A stretch of 42,651 nucleotides of DNA from Rubrobacteraceae bacterium (GCA_036388755.1 DASVRE010000257.1:1-42651), one strand, 5' to 3'. Positions 19,336-28,753 are shown, numbered from the stretch's first letter. Notes: generated from the sequence alone by a model not told the origin. Made by a program: numbers and translations.

Positions 19336-20784
19336 ATGAGTGGCACTCTGATCGTAATCCTGTTGCTAGTCGTAGTGCTGGTCGCGGCGTCGGTAGTGCT
19401 CTCGCGCACGACGTACCAGGTTCAGAGCGTCCAGGACACCGAGTATGTGGAGCTCGAAGGGAACTGGATCCGCTACCGCGTCGCTGGCGGGGGGCCGGCG
19501 GTCGTACTCGTACACGGTTGGCTCTCTTCGGGGGGGATCTGGGAACATCTCGCGGAGCGTCTCGCGCAGCGCTTTACCGTCTACACCTTAGATCTTCCTG
19601 GGTTCGGGGAGTCGGACAAGCCCGCCTCGGGCTACGGCGTCCGCTACGGTAGCCGACTCCTGTACGCCTTCTGCGCCCACTTCGGCCTGACAAGAGCTGC
19701 GATCTTAGGCCACGACGTCGGGGGGGCGATGGCCATTAAGCTCGCCGCTGACCACCCGGACGTGGTCGGTAGTATGGTGCTCGTCGCCGCCCCGGCCAAT
19801 GAGGACCAGATCGACCTGCCGACCCTTCTCTGGATCGCCACCCTGCCCGTCGTGGGCCCCGTGTTCTACACCCTGGGCCGCTATCTGCGGCCCCTGCGGC
19901 AGCTCTGGATGCGTCCGTTCGTGTTGGACCCCGAAGACCTTACGGAGGAGGTCGTGGATGATGTAGGCAAGTCCACCCCGGCGGCGGTCACTAAGACCCT
20001 AAACGTGACGCGGCGCGAGATCGCACGCGGCAGGCTCGCCCGTCAAGCCGGCGTCATAAAGGTGCCCGTGCTCGCTATCGCTGGTGAAGAAGACCAGATC
20101 GTCGATCCGCAAGCGACGGAGGACTGGTCCCGCACGGTCTCGGCCGAGATCGTCTTACTTGGGGAGTGTGGGCACTTGCCGATGCTCGAGCGCACCGGCG
20201 AGTTTAGCGCGCGAGTTTTGGCCTTCCTGACCGGCGACCAGCGCTACCTCGACACGAGCGACGAGTGGTCGGAAGAGAGGGCAGAGAAGGTGGACGAGGA
20301 CGTATTCGCGGAAGCGCCGGAAGAACCAACCTTCTCCGTACGCGACGAGCCCGGCACTCCCGAGCCCGAAGTCGCATCCTCCGACGACCGCCCGAACGTT
20401 ATCCGAAAGCAGGACGGCCGCTACCCGCGACGCAACCCTGAGCCCGAGGACGCCGGCGATCAGCACGACGTCTCCCCGGGCCCAAACGCCGAGTGGCGTT
20501 CCGGCCCGACCGCGGATAACGGCGTCGAAGAACAGACCCGCAGACGCCCGCGTCGCGCTGGAGGCGAGTCAGGGCCGCTGCCCGAGATACCGGATAACCT
20601 GTTCGAGTGGCCCGACTCCTTAAAGGAGGCCCGGCCCTGGGACCGATCCCGAGAAACAATGCGACCGGACAGGGAGGAAAGCGGCGAGGGTCCACACCCT
20701 GGCGAGGATGCGAATCCCGAAGAGGATTCGAACCGCAAAGAGGATACGGATCCCGAAGGTCCGAAAGAGGGACCACACCCCTGA
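19336..20784 (+). CDS. Membrane-anchored alpha/beta hydrolase with acidic disordered C-terminal tail
   Basis: N-terminal TM, HGW, DLPGFGES, GHDVGG, GEEDQIV, CGHLP; about 180-aa E/D/P/R-rich tail. Confidence 0.9.
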   Translation: MSGTLIVILLLVVVLVAASVVLSRTTYQVQSVQDTEYVELEGNWIRYRVAGGGPAVVLVHGWLSSGGIWEHLAERLAQRFTVYTLDLPGFGESDKPASGYGVRYGSRLLYAFCAHFGLTRAAILGHDVGGAMAIKLAADHPDVVGSMVLVAAPANEDQIDLPTLLWIATLPVVGPVFYTLGRYLRPLRQLWMRPFVLDPEDLTEEVVDDVGKSTPAAVTKTLNVTRREIARGRLARQAGVIKVPVLAIAGEEDQIVDPQATEDWSRTVSAEIVLLGECGHLPMLERTGEFSARVLAFLTGDQRYLDTSDEWSEERAEKVDEDVFAEAPEEPTFSVRDEPGTPEPEVASSDDRPNVIRKQDGRYPRRNPEPEDAGDQHDVSPGPNAEWRSGPTADNGVEEQTRRRPRRAGGESGPLPEIPDNLFEWPDSLKEARPWDRSRETMRPDREESGEGPHPGEDANPEEDSNRKEDTDPEGPKEGPHP

Positions 20785-21111
20785 TCCTGTAAACACGCCG
20801 TCTGCTAGGCTACGAGAGCGGTAAGACCGATTGTTTGTCCACGTCACCAACGAGCGGACATCTGCGGAGCCACTCTCGATCACGAAGAGCAGCACCTGCC
20901 ACAGGAGATGCCTGGGGAATGAATGAGCGAATCTTTTTATCAAGTCAGCCGCATTCGTGTGGCACCAGAAGGTGGGTTGACTGGTAGGTACTCCAGGCGA
21001 GTCTCTACCATGCAAGAGGTCGCGCGGGCCGTCGACTATGGAGGGTGGAGAATGGTAAAGTAGCGCCGCTGCATCTGAGGTTGCCGGGCTGGATTGTCAA
21101 GGAGAAGCTTG

Positions 21112-21500
21112 GTGAGCAGAAACGTGGTCGTGATCGTACTGGTGATGCTCGGTCTGGCTGGCCTGTTTCTGGCGCTACGCCCCGACTCCACCTCTCCCGA
21201 AGACGACGCTCCTACCGGAACCTTCGCAGACGAACACAGGAGCGTATCCATGACGTCGCTATCGAAGGTGGGGTCATGAACCCCGACGAGATCAATGTGG
21301 AGAAAGGGGACTTTGTGACGCTTCGGTTAACCTCGGAGAGTCTCGTCGAGGTCCACGTACACGGCTACGATCTGGAGGGGAACGTTTCACCGGGTGAGGA
21401 GACCGACCTCTCGTTCGAGGCGGACACAACCGGGCGGTTCGAGATTGAAGACCACGAGACGGAGGCCCAATTGGGCACGCTCCTCGTACAGCCACGCTAG
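21112..21500 (+). pseudogene. Cupredoxin-domain protein with a single frameshift
   Basis: AAGGAG RBS and TM anchor (SRNVVVIVLVMLGLAGLFLALRP) in one frame; cupredoxin part (MNPDEINVEKGDFVTL, EVHVHGYD, GRFEIEDH) in the -1 frame; junction near 21235. Confidence 0.75.
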
Positions 21501-21510
21501 AGGGCGGACC

Positions 21511-23121
21511 GTGCGACGCGTTCTCATACCCGTCCTCGCGCCGCTTCTGCTCTTGCCGCTGATTCCCCAACCGGCAGTGGCCCACGGGTTCGGACAGAGC
21601 TACGACCTCCCGCTACCGCTCTGGCTGTACCTCTACGGCGCTGGCGCCGCGGTTCTAGCTTCTTTCGTACCCATAAGCTTGTTTGCCGGTAAGCAAAAGT
21701 CTGGAGAAGACGCACCGTACCTCTACCCTCACTTCAATCTCCTGCGGGTCGGGTTCCTGCGGGCCTTGCTCACCAGTCGGACTTTGCTGAGCGGGCTGCG
21801 GCTGCTCTCGGTCGGGCTCTTTCTCCTCGTCGTGGTCACCGGTCTCCTCGGGCGGCAGAATGCGGACGCAAACTTCGCCCCGACCTTTGTCTGGATCATC
21901 TGGTGGGTCGGCTTGGGCTTCTTCACGGCGTTCGTGGGTAACGTGTGGGCGCTCGTGAACCCCTGGAAAGTCATCTTCGAGTGGGCCGACACGCTCATCC
22001 GCCGCCTCGGGGCTAGGAACGGCCTCGAGCTTCGCGAACCCTACCCGGCCTCCTGGGGGCTCTGGCCGGCTGTGGCGCTCTATGGCGTCTTCGTGTGGGT
22101 CGAGAACGTCTTCCCGGGTTCGTCCACGCCGGTCTATATGGCCGTTCTCGTCCTTATCTACTCCGTTCTCGTCTGGGGTGGCATGGTCGTCTACGGTAAG
22201 GAGACCTGGCTGCGAAGGGGTGAGGTATTCTCGGTTTTCTTCGGTCTCCTGGCGAGGTTCGCGCCGACCGAGGTGCGGGTCGTGGACCCCACACCCTGCC
22301 AGGGCTGCTCCGACACCTACGGGACCGTCGAGAAGGGTTGCGTGAACTGCTACGAGCGCTTCGCGAGAGCTGCGCCGGAGGATCGCGAGCTAAACTTGCG
22401 TCCTCCCGCCGTCGGTTTGAGCCGTCCCGAGCCCTTACCCCCGGGCGGCGTGTTCTTCGTGATCGCGGTGCTGGCCGGGGTGGCCTTCGACGGCCTGCTG
22501 GAGACCCCACTGTGGAACGAGCTGCGCAGAGACCTATCCATGCCCCAAGTGGTGGGGCTGGTGGCGCTGCCGCTCTTGTTTTTCGCCACCTACCTGGGCT
22601 TCGTGAAGTTGAGCCAGCTCTCCGGGGGGGGGACGGGTGGGATCCGACGGTACGCGGCGGCGTACGTTTACTCGCTCGTGCCTATCGCGGTTGCCTACCA
22701 AGTCGCCCACTACTATACGCTCCTGCTCGTCCAGGGACAGGGGATCATCCGGCACGTCTCGGATCCGTTCGGGAGGGGCTGGGACCTCTTCGGTACCGCC
22801 GGTTACAGCATCTATCCTGGCGTGGTAGACGCGGCTTTCGTCTGGTATTCGCAGGTAGCTTTGATAGTGGCCGGACACGTTGTCGCCGTGTACCTGGCGC
22901 ATCTGGTTGCGCTGCGGTTGTTCGAAGATCCAGGGCGGGCCTTACGAAGCCAGTATCCAACGCTCGCGCTGATGATCCTCTACACCGTCTTTAGCCTCTG
23001 GATCATCTCTCAGCCCATCGTCGTGGAGGAGCAGTCGATCGAGACCGCGCCTCAGGAGGACTCACCCCAACCTGCACCGATGGAGAACCTGCGCGAACCG
23101 CCCATGCCGGACATCCCGTAA
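21511..23121 (+). CDS. Polytopic membrane protein with signal peptide, mature N-terminal His and CxxC...CxxC loop
   Basis: AVA-HGFGQSYDLPLPLWLYLYGA, PTFVWIIWWVG, NPW, CQGC...CVNC, AHY, SDPFGRGWDLFG, GHVVAV; family often labelled 'fenitrothion hydrolase'. Confidence 0.85.
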   Translation: MRRVLIPVLAPLLLLPLIPQPAVAHGFGQSYDLPLPLWLYLYGAGAAVLASFVPISLFAGKQKSGEDAPYLYPHFNLLRVGFLRALLTSRTLLSGLRLLSVGLFLLVVVTGLLGRQNADANFAPTFVWIIWWVGLGFFTAFVGNVWALVNPWKVIFEWADTLIRRLGARNGLELREPYPASWGLWPAVALYGVFVWVENVFPGSSTPVYMAVLVLIYSVLVWGGMVVYGKETWLRRGEVFSVFFGLLARFAPTEVRVVDPTPCQGCSDTYGTVEKGCVNCYERFARAAPEDRELNLRPPAVGLSRPEPLPPGGVFFVIAVLAGVAFDGLLETPLWNELRRDLSMPQVVGLVALPLLFFATYLGFVKLSQLSGGGTGGIRRYAAAYVYSLVPIAVAYQVAHYYTLLLVQGQGIIRHVSDPFGRGWDLFGTAGYSIYPGVVDAAFVWYSQVALIVAGHVVAVYLAHLVALRLFEDPGRALRSQYPTLALMILYTVFSLWIISQPIVVEEQSIETAPQEDSPQPAPMENLREPPMPDIP

Positions 23122-23343
23122 CGTCACCCACCGCGCACGAGAACTGGGCCTTCGAATAGGGTTCGCCGCTGAAGAGTTACCGCCGCGCGTTTGGACAGGG
23201 TCGGGGTGCGAACGTTCCGCCGAGGTCCAGGCGGGAGGCGAGTATATGTGGGTCCGCACGCCTGGCTTTTGTGCTGTACGGCTCTGCCGGCAGTACCGCG
23301 TCAGGCTTCGGTAGCTAGAGAATCGTGAGGGGCGCGCGGTTGT

Positions 23344-23967
23344 CTAAAGCCTTTTTTGCAAGTACAGCCACTCCCGAATACCGAGAAAGTAGCCGGTGAG
23401 GAGCGAGCGTTGGCGAGATCTCTCTTCGTAGCCGTAAGACTCGTAGAGTTTGAGGGCGGCGACGTTGCCGCCGGTAACGTGTAGCCCCACGGTCACTTTG
23501 CCGGACTCACGTGCCAGAGCCTCCGCCGCTTCGAGCAGGGCGCGCGCCATACCCCGTTTGCGGTGCTCGCCGGAGACCACGAGGCGCTCGACGTAAGCCT
23601 CGGAGGTATTGGCGACGTAGCGGGGGTAGGAGAGCAGGGTCGCCGCCCAACCGGCGCGCAATAACCCCAAGTGACGGCGCAGGGCTTTCCAGAGACCCCG
23701 TCCGAGGGCGTCGTCTTCTGAGCTCCCGAGTCTGACACCGACGCTCGCCGGGACCTCCCCCGGTTTGGGGCCTTCGATCACGAGGGAGGAGACACCGCCT
23801 AGATCGTGCTCCAGGCGCACCCACTTCTCCATTATCTTTACCGCCTGGTCCATTCGCTTGCCGAAAACCGGGCGGAACTTGTCCAGAAATCCCTCGACTA
23901 CGAGGCCGGCGATCGACGCGTTGTCCCGAGACTCCGCCGCACGCACGACAAACTTGTTCTCCACCAT
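23344..23967 (-). CDS. GNAT family N-acetyltransferase
   Basis: YVERLVV, RKRGMARAL, LHV..GN..A..LYESYGY; leaderless after TAGAAT. Confidence 0.9.
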   Translation of the reverse strand: MVENKFVVRAAESRDNASIAGLVVEGFLDKFRPVFGKRMDQAVKIMEKWVRLEHDLGGVSSLVIEGPKPGEVPASVGVRLGSSEDDALGRGLWKALRRHLGLLRAGWAATLLSYPRYVANTSEAYVERLVVSGEHRKRGMARALLEAAEALARESGKVTVGLHVTGGNVAALKLYESYGYEERSRQRSLLTGYFLGIREWLYLQKRL

Positions 23968-24031
23968 CCCGCAATTCTAAGCAGTTGACGCCCGGCTTTC
24001 AGCCGACGGCGAGAATTGCATTCAAAGTTGG

Positions 24032-24829
24032 TCAGCTGATTAGCCGCTTTCGCATAAAGCGGATAGGGAGGAGCGACAGCGCTGCGGTGAAGACCAGGAT
24101 CCAGGCTAGGTCCACGAGCACGGCCGGGGACGGCCCGATCGCCAGGCCCCGGCAGACGTTTACCGCGTGGTAAAGAGGAGTAAACCAAGCTATCTCGGGC
24201 ACCGGGGAGGGGAAGTCTTCGATGGGGAAAAAGATGCCTGAGAAGAGGAACAGAGGCGTGATAACGAGCGTAAAGTAATAGGCGTAGAAGTCGATGCCCG
24301 AGATTAAGCTAGTAAACAACGTACCCATGACGCTGAACATGATCCCGACCACCAGCAACACCGGAGGGATGAGGAGCGCCCAGGGAGAGGAGACTAGCGG
24401 CACCTGCGAGAAACCCCCAATGCCCGTGAGCACCCCGAGAAACGCTGTGCCGTACAGCGTCGCACGGGTCCCCGCCCACAAGTACTCGCCGGCTACGACG
24501 TCCTCGGCGTTGACCGGAGTCGAGATGATAGCGTCGTAGATGCGCCCTATCTTCAAACGAATGAACGTGTTGAATGTGCTCTCGAAGGAGGCCGCGAACA
24601 TAGCGTTACTCGCCAACAACCCCGGCGCTATGTACTGTGTATACGTCAGGCCATTTATTCCGCCCTCACGGATGAACGCCCCGAGCCCCAGGCCCAGGGC
24701 CACGAGGTACAGCAGGGGCTCGAAGAGGTTTGGGAGCAAGATTGTCTTCCAGTACTTGCGGAAGATGGTCGCGTTGCGCTGCCAGACCCGGAACGCCCCG
24801 CGCGGCGATGGAAGCCTCACCCCGCCCAT
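24032..24829 (-). CDS. ABC-2 exporter permease (NodJ-like)
   Basis: EPLLYLVALGLGLG, YIAPGLLA, PLFLFSGIFFP, TPLYHAV. Confidence 0.92.
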   Translation of the reverse strand: MGGVRLPSPRGAFRVWQRNATIFRKYWKTILLPNLFEPLLYLVALGLGLGAFIREGGINGLTYTQYIAPGLLASNAMFAASFESTFNTFIRLKIGRIYDAIISTPVNAEDVVAGEYLWAGTRATLYGTAFLGVLTGIGGFSQVPLVSSPWALLIPPVLLVVGIMFSVMGTLFTSLISGIDFYAYYFTLVITPLFLFSGIFFPIEDFPSPVPEIAWFTPLYHAVNVCRGLAIGPSPAVLVDLAWILVFTAALSLLPIRFMRKRLIS

Positions 24830-25791
24830 CAGTCCACAAGCCTCCGGCCCGTGAGCTTGAGAAAGACGTCCTCCAGGCTCGCTTGTCGGTGCAGGGTGTT
24901 GCGAATCTCGACGCCGGACTCCCTGACCCTCTGCGTTACCGCCTCCGCGTCCGAGGCGTAGACGAGGAGGGCATCACCGATGCGGTCAACGTCGTCGGCC
25001 ACGCTTTCGACAACCGGAGCGAGCCTTCCCAAGGCTTCGGGGGTTGCCCGAAACTCCAGGACTACGGGGCTCACGTGTTCGGAGATCAAAGCTCCCGGGG
25101 CGTCTTCGGCGATGATCTTGCCGCCCTCCATGATGCACAAACGGTCGCACAGCTGCGCTGCCTCGTCCATGTAGTGGGTAGTGAGCACGAGGGTCTTTCC
25201 TTCGCCGGTAAGCTGGCGCAGCTTATCCCACACCAGGTGCCGAGCTTGCGGGTCGAGGCCGGTGGTCGGCTCGTCGAGGACAACGAGGTCGGGGTCGTTG
25301 ATGAGGGCGCGCGCGATGAGGAGCCTCCTCTTCATACCGCCCGAGAGCTCTTCGACCCTGGCGCCGGCCTTGTCGGAGAGCTGGACGAACTCCAGTAGCT
25401 CTTCCGCCCGTCGCCGTACCAGTTTGCGGGGTAGATCGAAGTACCGGCCGTAGACGAGGAGATTCTCTTTCACCTTGAGGTCCTCGTCGAGGTTGTTCTC
25501 CTGGGGGACGACGCCGATGCGCCGCTTGACCTCTCTCTCGGCGCTCCTCACGTCCAGGCCCGCGACCCTCAGCTCCCCGCCAGTGGGCACGGCGGCGGCG
25601 TAGATCATCTTCATCGTCGTGGTTTTGCCAGCCCCGTTGGGGCCCAGAAACCCGAAACACTCCCCCCGGTGTGCTTCGAAGTCCACGCCCTTTACGGCTT
25701 CGAAGTTGCCGTAGGTCTTTTTCAGACCGCGAGCGAAGAGCGTGGTCTCCCTGGCGTCGGCGCTCGCTTTCTTCTCCGTCTGCGTGTTCAA
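24829..25791 (-). CDS. ABC exporter ATP-binding protein (NodI-like)
   Basis: GPNGAGKTT, LSGGMKRR, LDEPTTGLDPQAR, LTTHYMDEA, LEDVFLKLTGR. Confidence 0.95.
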   Translation of the reverse strand: MNTQTEKKASADARETTLFARGLKKTYGNFEAVKGVDFEAHRGECFGFLGPNGAGKTTTMKMIYAAAVPTGGELRVAGLDVRSAEREVKRRIGVVPQENNLDEDLKVKENLLVYGRYFDLPRKLVRRRAEELLEFVQLSDKAGARVEELSGGMKRRLLIARALINDPDLVVLDEPTTGLDPQARHLVWDKLRQLTGEGKTLVLTTHYMDEAAQLCDRLCIMEGGKIIAEDAPGALISEHVSPVVLEFRATPEALGRLAPVVESVADDVDRIGDALLVYASDAEAVTQRVRESGVEIRNTLHRQASLEDVFLKLTGRRLVD

Positions 25792-26384
25792 GCCCGAAGC
25801 TCCTGTTCTCGGCTCAACCGTAGGGTGGCGGCCTGTTCTTGCAGCGTCGCAAGCGCTCGGTCGAGGCGCTCCTTGTTCTTCGAATCATTCAGCCACGTGG
25901 AGGCCCCCGAAGGGTGGGGCAAGGGCACGTATACTATCCCATCGCGCCTCACCGTCTCGCCGACAGCCTCCGAGAGGCGCGGTATGCCCAGGAGCTCCTT
26001 GATCGCGAGTCCTCCGACCAGCGCCACCACCTCCGGCCGGAGCAGCTCGAGCTCCCGGAGTAGGTGCGGTCGGCAGTTTTGTATCATGATACGCGACGGC
26101 GCCAAGTCTCCGCCGCCCTTGGCTTTCCCGGGAAAGCACCGGCACAGTGCCGAGAGGTAGACCTCCTCACGTGAGAGGCCGGCCCGCTCGAACCAGCCCA
26201 TGAGCCTCTTGCCGGCAGGCCCGGTAAACGGCAGTCGGGTCGTAACCTCCGTCGAACCCGGAGCTTGGCCCACGAGGAGTAGACCGGTTCTCTTCGGAAC
26301 GTCCACCACCGGCGCGTTATCGCCAGAGGGGAAGCAGCGCGAGCAGGCCCTCACCGAGTCTCGGTGTTTTTCGAGCAGGTCCAC
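25788..26384 (-). CDS. Uracil-DNA glycosylase family protein (probable Fe-S, family 4-like)
   Basis: CSRC, GQAPG, PFTGPAGKRL, RCFPGK, LPHPSGAS; leaderless after TACCAT. Confidence 0.9.
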   Translation of the reverse strand: MDLLEKHRDSVRACSRCFPSGDNAPVVDVPKRTGLLLVGQAPGSTEVTTRLPFTGPAGKRLMGWFERAGLSREEVYLSALCRCFPGKAKGGGDLAPSRIMIQNCRPHLLRELELLRPEVVALVGGLAIKELLGIPRLSEAVGETVRRDGIVYVPLPHPSGASTWLNDSKNKERLDRALATLQEQAATLRLSREQELRA

Positions 26385-26519
26385 GAGCCAATGGTACCGC
26401 TGCTATGGAAGGAAACCTGTGTGGATTTCCACGAACATTGGGTGTGTAAGTTTCACGGAACTTAAAAAACTGTGGGAAAAAGTTGTTGTAGTCGATCTCG
26501 TACTGCTACAATCGGCCGC

Positions 26520-27293
26520 ATGGCTCTGATGGATAGGAAGCGGTATCGAGAACGGCGGTATGGGGAACGACGTGTAGTACGCAAGCGTACTTTCAAGAGA
26601 CGCCGGCGTACGGGCCTCTTCGTGTTCCTCGGGTTGGTGATTCTGACCCTCGTAGCATTAATCATCTTCGGCACGGGTCTCCTGTCTTCCCGGACGGACG
26701 GCGAGAGCATAGGCCGGGTCGAGGACCCGACGGTAGAAGGGGCACCGGAGATAATCTCCGAAGACGCAGCGGACGAAGAGTCGGCCGACGAGGGAGAGGC
26801 CGACGATGAGGAGTCGGCGAGCGACGAGGACGAACCCACGCCAGCGGTGCCGGACGACCCAACGATGTCCCTGAGCGTTCCGAAGCTTGGCATAAACGGC
26901 GCCGTGATAGCCGGAGGCGAGGCGGGTCTGGAGTTGGGGGCGCAGCTCGTCTCGGGAGCGCCCTGGCAGCCCGGTTCCAACACTTACATTGCCGGCCACC
27001 GCGTCGGGTTCCCGGGTACCGGCAGCGACCACATCTTCTACAGCTTGCCCGCCATGGGGCAGGGAGACGAGATCACCCTTACCGACTCGCTCGGGCAGGA
27101 GTACACGTACCGGGTCAGCGAGGTCTTCGCTGTCACGCCCTTCGACACCTGGGTCTTAGATCCGACTGGCGACGACATGATCTCGCTTCAGGTCTGCACC
27201 GAGACTCCTGACGACTGGTGGACTATCGGCCCTAGTCTCATGAGCTCGGGTCCGGAGTCGGGGCGCTTGATTGTCCGGGCCGAGAAGGTCTAG
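26520..27293 (+). CDS. Sortase (class D/E-like)
   Basis: Basic N-terminus, TM, acidic linker; catalytic H (AGHR), C (SLQVC), R (GRLIVRA); leaderless after TACAAT. Confidence 0.9.
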   Translation: MALMDRKRYRERRYGERRVVRKRTFKRRRRTGLFVFLGLVILTLVALIIFGTGLLSSRTDGESIGRVEDPTVEGAPEIISEDAADEESADEGEADDEESASDEDEPTPAVPDDPTMSLSVPKLGINGAVIAGGEAGLELGAQLVSGAPWQPGSNTYIAGHRVGFPGTGSDHIFYSLPAMGQGDEITLTDSLGQEYTYRVSEVFAVTPFDTWVLDPTGDDMISLQVCTETPDDWWTIGPSLMSSGPESGRLIVRAEKV

Positions 27294-27310
27294 GCTTTAC
27301 GAAAGAGAGA

Positions 27311-27343
27311 AGGAGGGGCGTCTCCAGAGGGGGCGCCCTTTTT
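27311..27343 (+). terminator. Rho-independent terminator
   Basis: GGGGCGTCTCC-AGA-GGGGGCGCCCT followed by a T run. Confidence 0.8.
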
Positions 27344-27520
27344 ACTGCTCGAAGCGAGCGTAACAGCTCGCAGAATAAGGCGGCGTAGATGCTCGCCACT
27401 TCGAGGGAGAGCAACTGGGTACATGCGGATCGAGGCAGGAGCGGGGGCGGCTCGTGCAAAAAAGGCACAGACTCGGGTTATAATCCTGAGACTACTCGAG
27501 GGCGAAAGGAGGGGCGAGGC

Positions 27521-28549
27521 TTGAAGAGGTCGCTGCTGATCGCAGCGTTGACTGCACTCCTGCTGGCGCTTTTTGCTCTCCCCCTGGCGGCAGAGCCGAT
27601 GGTCCCCATCGAAGGCGAGGCCCTGCCCGACGCGGGCATCCTACCTCCCGCGATCCCTGTAACCTCGTACGAGGCTTGCATCGCCGAAGCTTTGGACCCA
27701 ACAACGTGTGACGGCGTGCCCGTCACGCCACCCGCCGAACCGTGCCCCGTCGACGGCTGTGGAGCAATAGGTACCGCGCCCGAAGAACCACAGGTCAACC
27801 AGGCCGCCTTGATGGCCGCCGAAGATGCCGCCTCCGAGGCCGTCGCCGACCTAGTCGCCGAGGAAGGCCCCGACGCGGTGGACAGCGCCGCCGCTTACAT
27901 GATGGCACTTGGCGCCGCCAGGGAGGCCGCCAGGGAGACCGGAGTCGACGAAGGGACTGCCGAGGCCCTCGCCGAGACCGCTGCCATAGGCGCCGTCGCC
28001 AGAGAGGCTGCCTCCGACGCTATGGCCGGGGACAAAGGATCCGGGGCCGTAGACGGGGCCGCCGCCTATCTCGACGCCCTCGGAGGCGTCGTTAGAGGGG
28101 CTGGCGCCTCCGAGGAGAGTGCACCCACCGCCTCCGACCGCGCGGCGGCCACGCGCTTTGATGGAGAAACCCCTGAGGGTGAAGAAGCCGGTATCGCTAG
28201 AGACGAGACCGGCGATTCCAAGGATGAAGTTGCAAGCGACGAGGAACCTTCGGACGCCGGTAGCGAGCTCTCCGAAGACGAAGCATCTTCCGCCGAGGGC
28301 GGCACGTCTACCGCCGGGGAGGAAGAACCATTCGAAGCCGTGGCAACCGCTCTCCCCAAAACGGAGAGTGTTTCTCCTGTAGTGCTCGGTGGCGGCGCCC
28401 TGCTGCTGGTCGCCGGCGTATTTGGTCTTTTGATACGCCGTAGGCTCGCCCTGCAAGGCTCACACGAGCCGGAGCAGCAATCCGGAGAAGAGGAAGTTGC
28501 TGAGGAACCTTCGGCCGTACGGCGCCTGCCTCATCGGTCCGTGCGGTAA
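27521..28549 (+). CDS. Secreted acidic surface protein with LPxT-type sorting signal
   Basis: TATAAT promoter, AAAGGAGG RBS, signal peptide; C-terminal LPKTE + hydrophobic helix + RRR. Confidence 0.8.
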   Translation: MKRSLLIAALTALLLALFALPLAAEPMVPIEGEALPDAGILPPAIPVTSYEACIAEALDPTTCDGVPVTPPAEPCPVDGCGAIGTAPEEPQVNQAALMAAEDAASEAVADLVAEEGPDAVDSAAAYMMALGAAREAARETGVDEGTAEALAETAAIGAVAREAASDAMAGDKGSGAVDGAAAYLDALGGVVRGAGASEESAPTASDRAAATRFDGETPEGEEAGIARDETGDSKDEVASDEEPSDAGSELSEDEASSAEGGTSTAGEEEPFEAVATALPKTESVSPVVLGGGALLLVAGVFGLLIRRRLALQGSHEPEQQSGEEEVAEEPSAVRRLPHRSVR

Positions 28550-28753
28550 TCCCTTACCCTCGCGCGAATTCTGACGCTCATCTTCACTGTACTATCGAGG
28601 GTTAGCGATCCGAGTCACCGGAGAGCCCAATATATGGTGGCAACTTATACGATACTTGGATCAACGTCTCCAGGGTTGGGTTGCGCTGAGGCTCTACCAA
28701 CTGGGTGTAGGGGACGGACGGCGCGCCGCCGGGCCGGAGCCGCATCCTTTTGC

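Noticed and set aside
20923-21063. 46-aa ORF MSESFYQVSRIRVAPEGG...
   Set aside because: Weak RBS, atypical codon usage and no recognisable motif; cannot be supported
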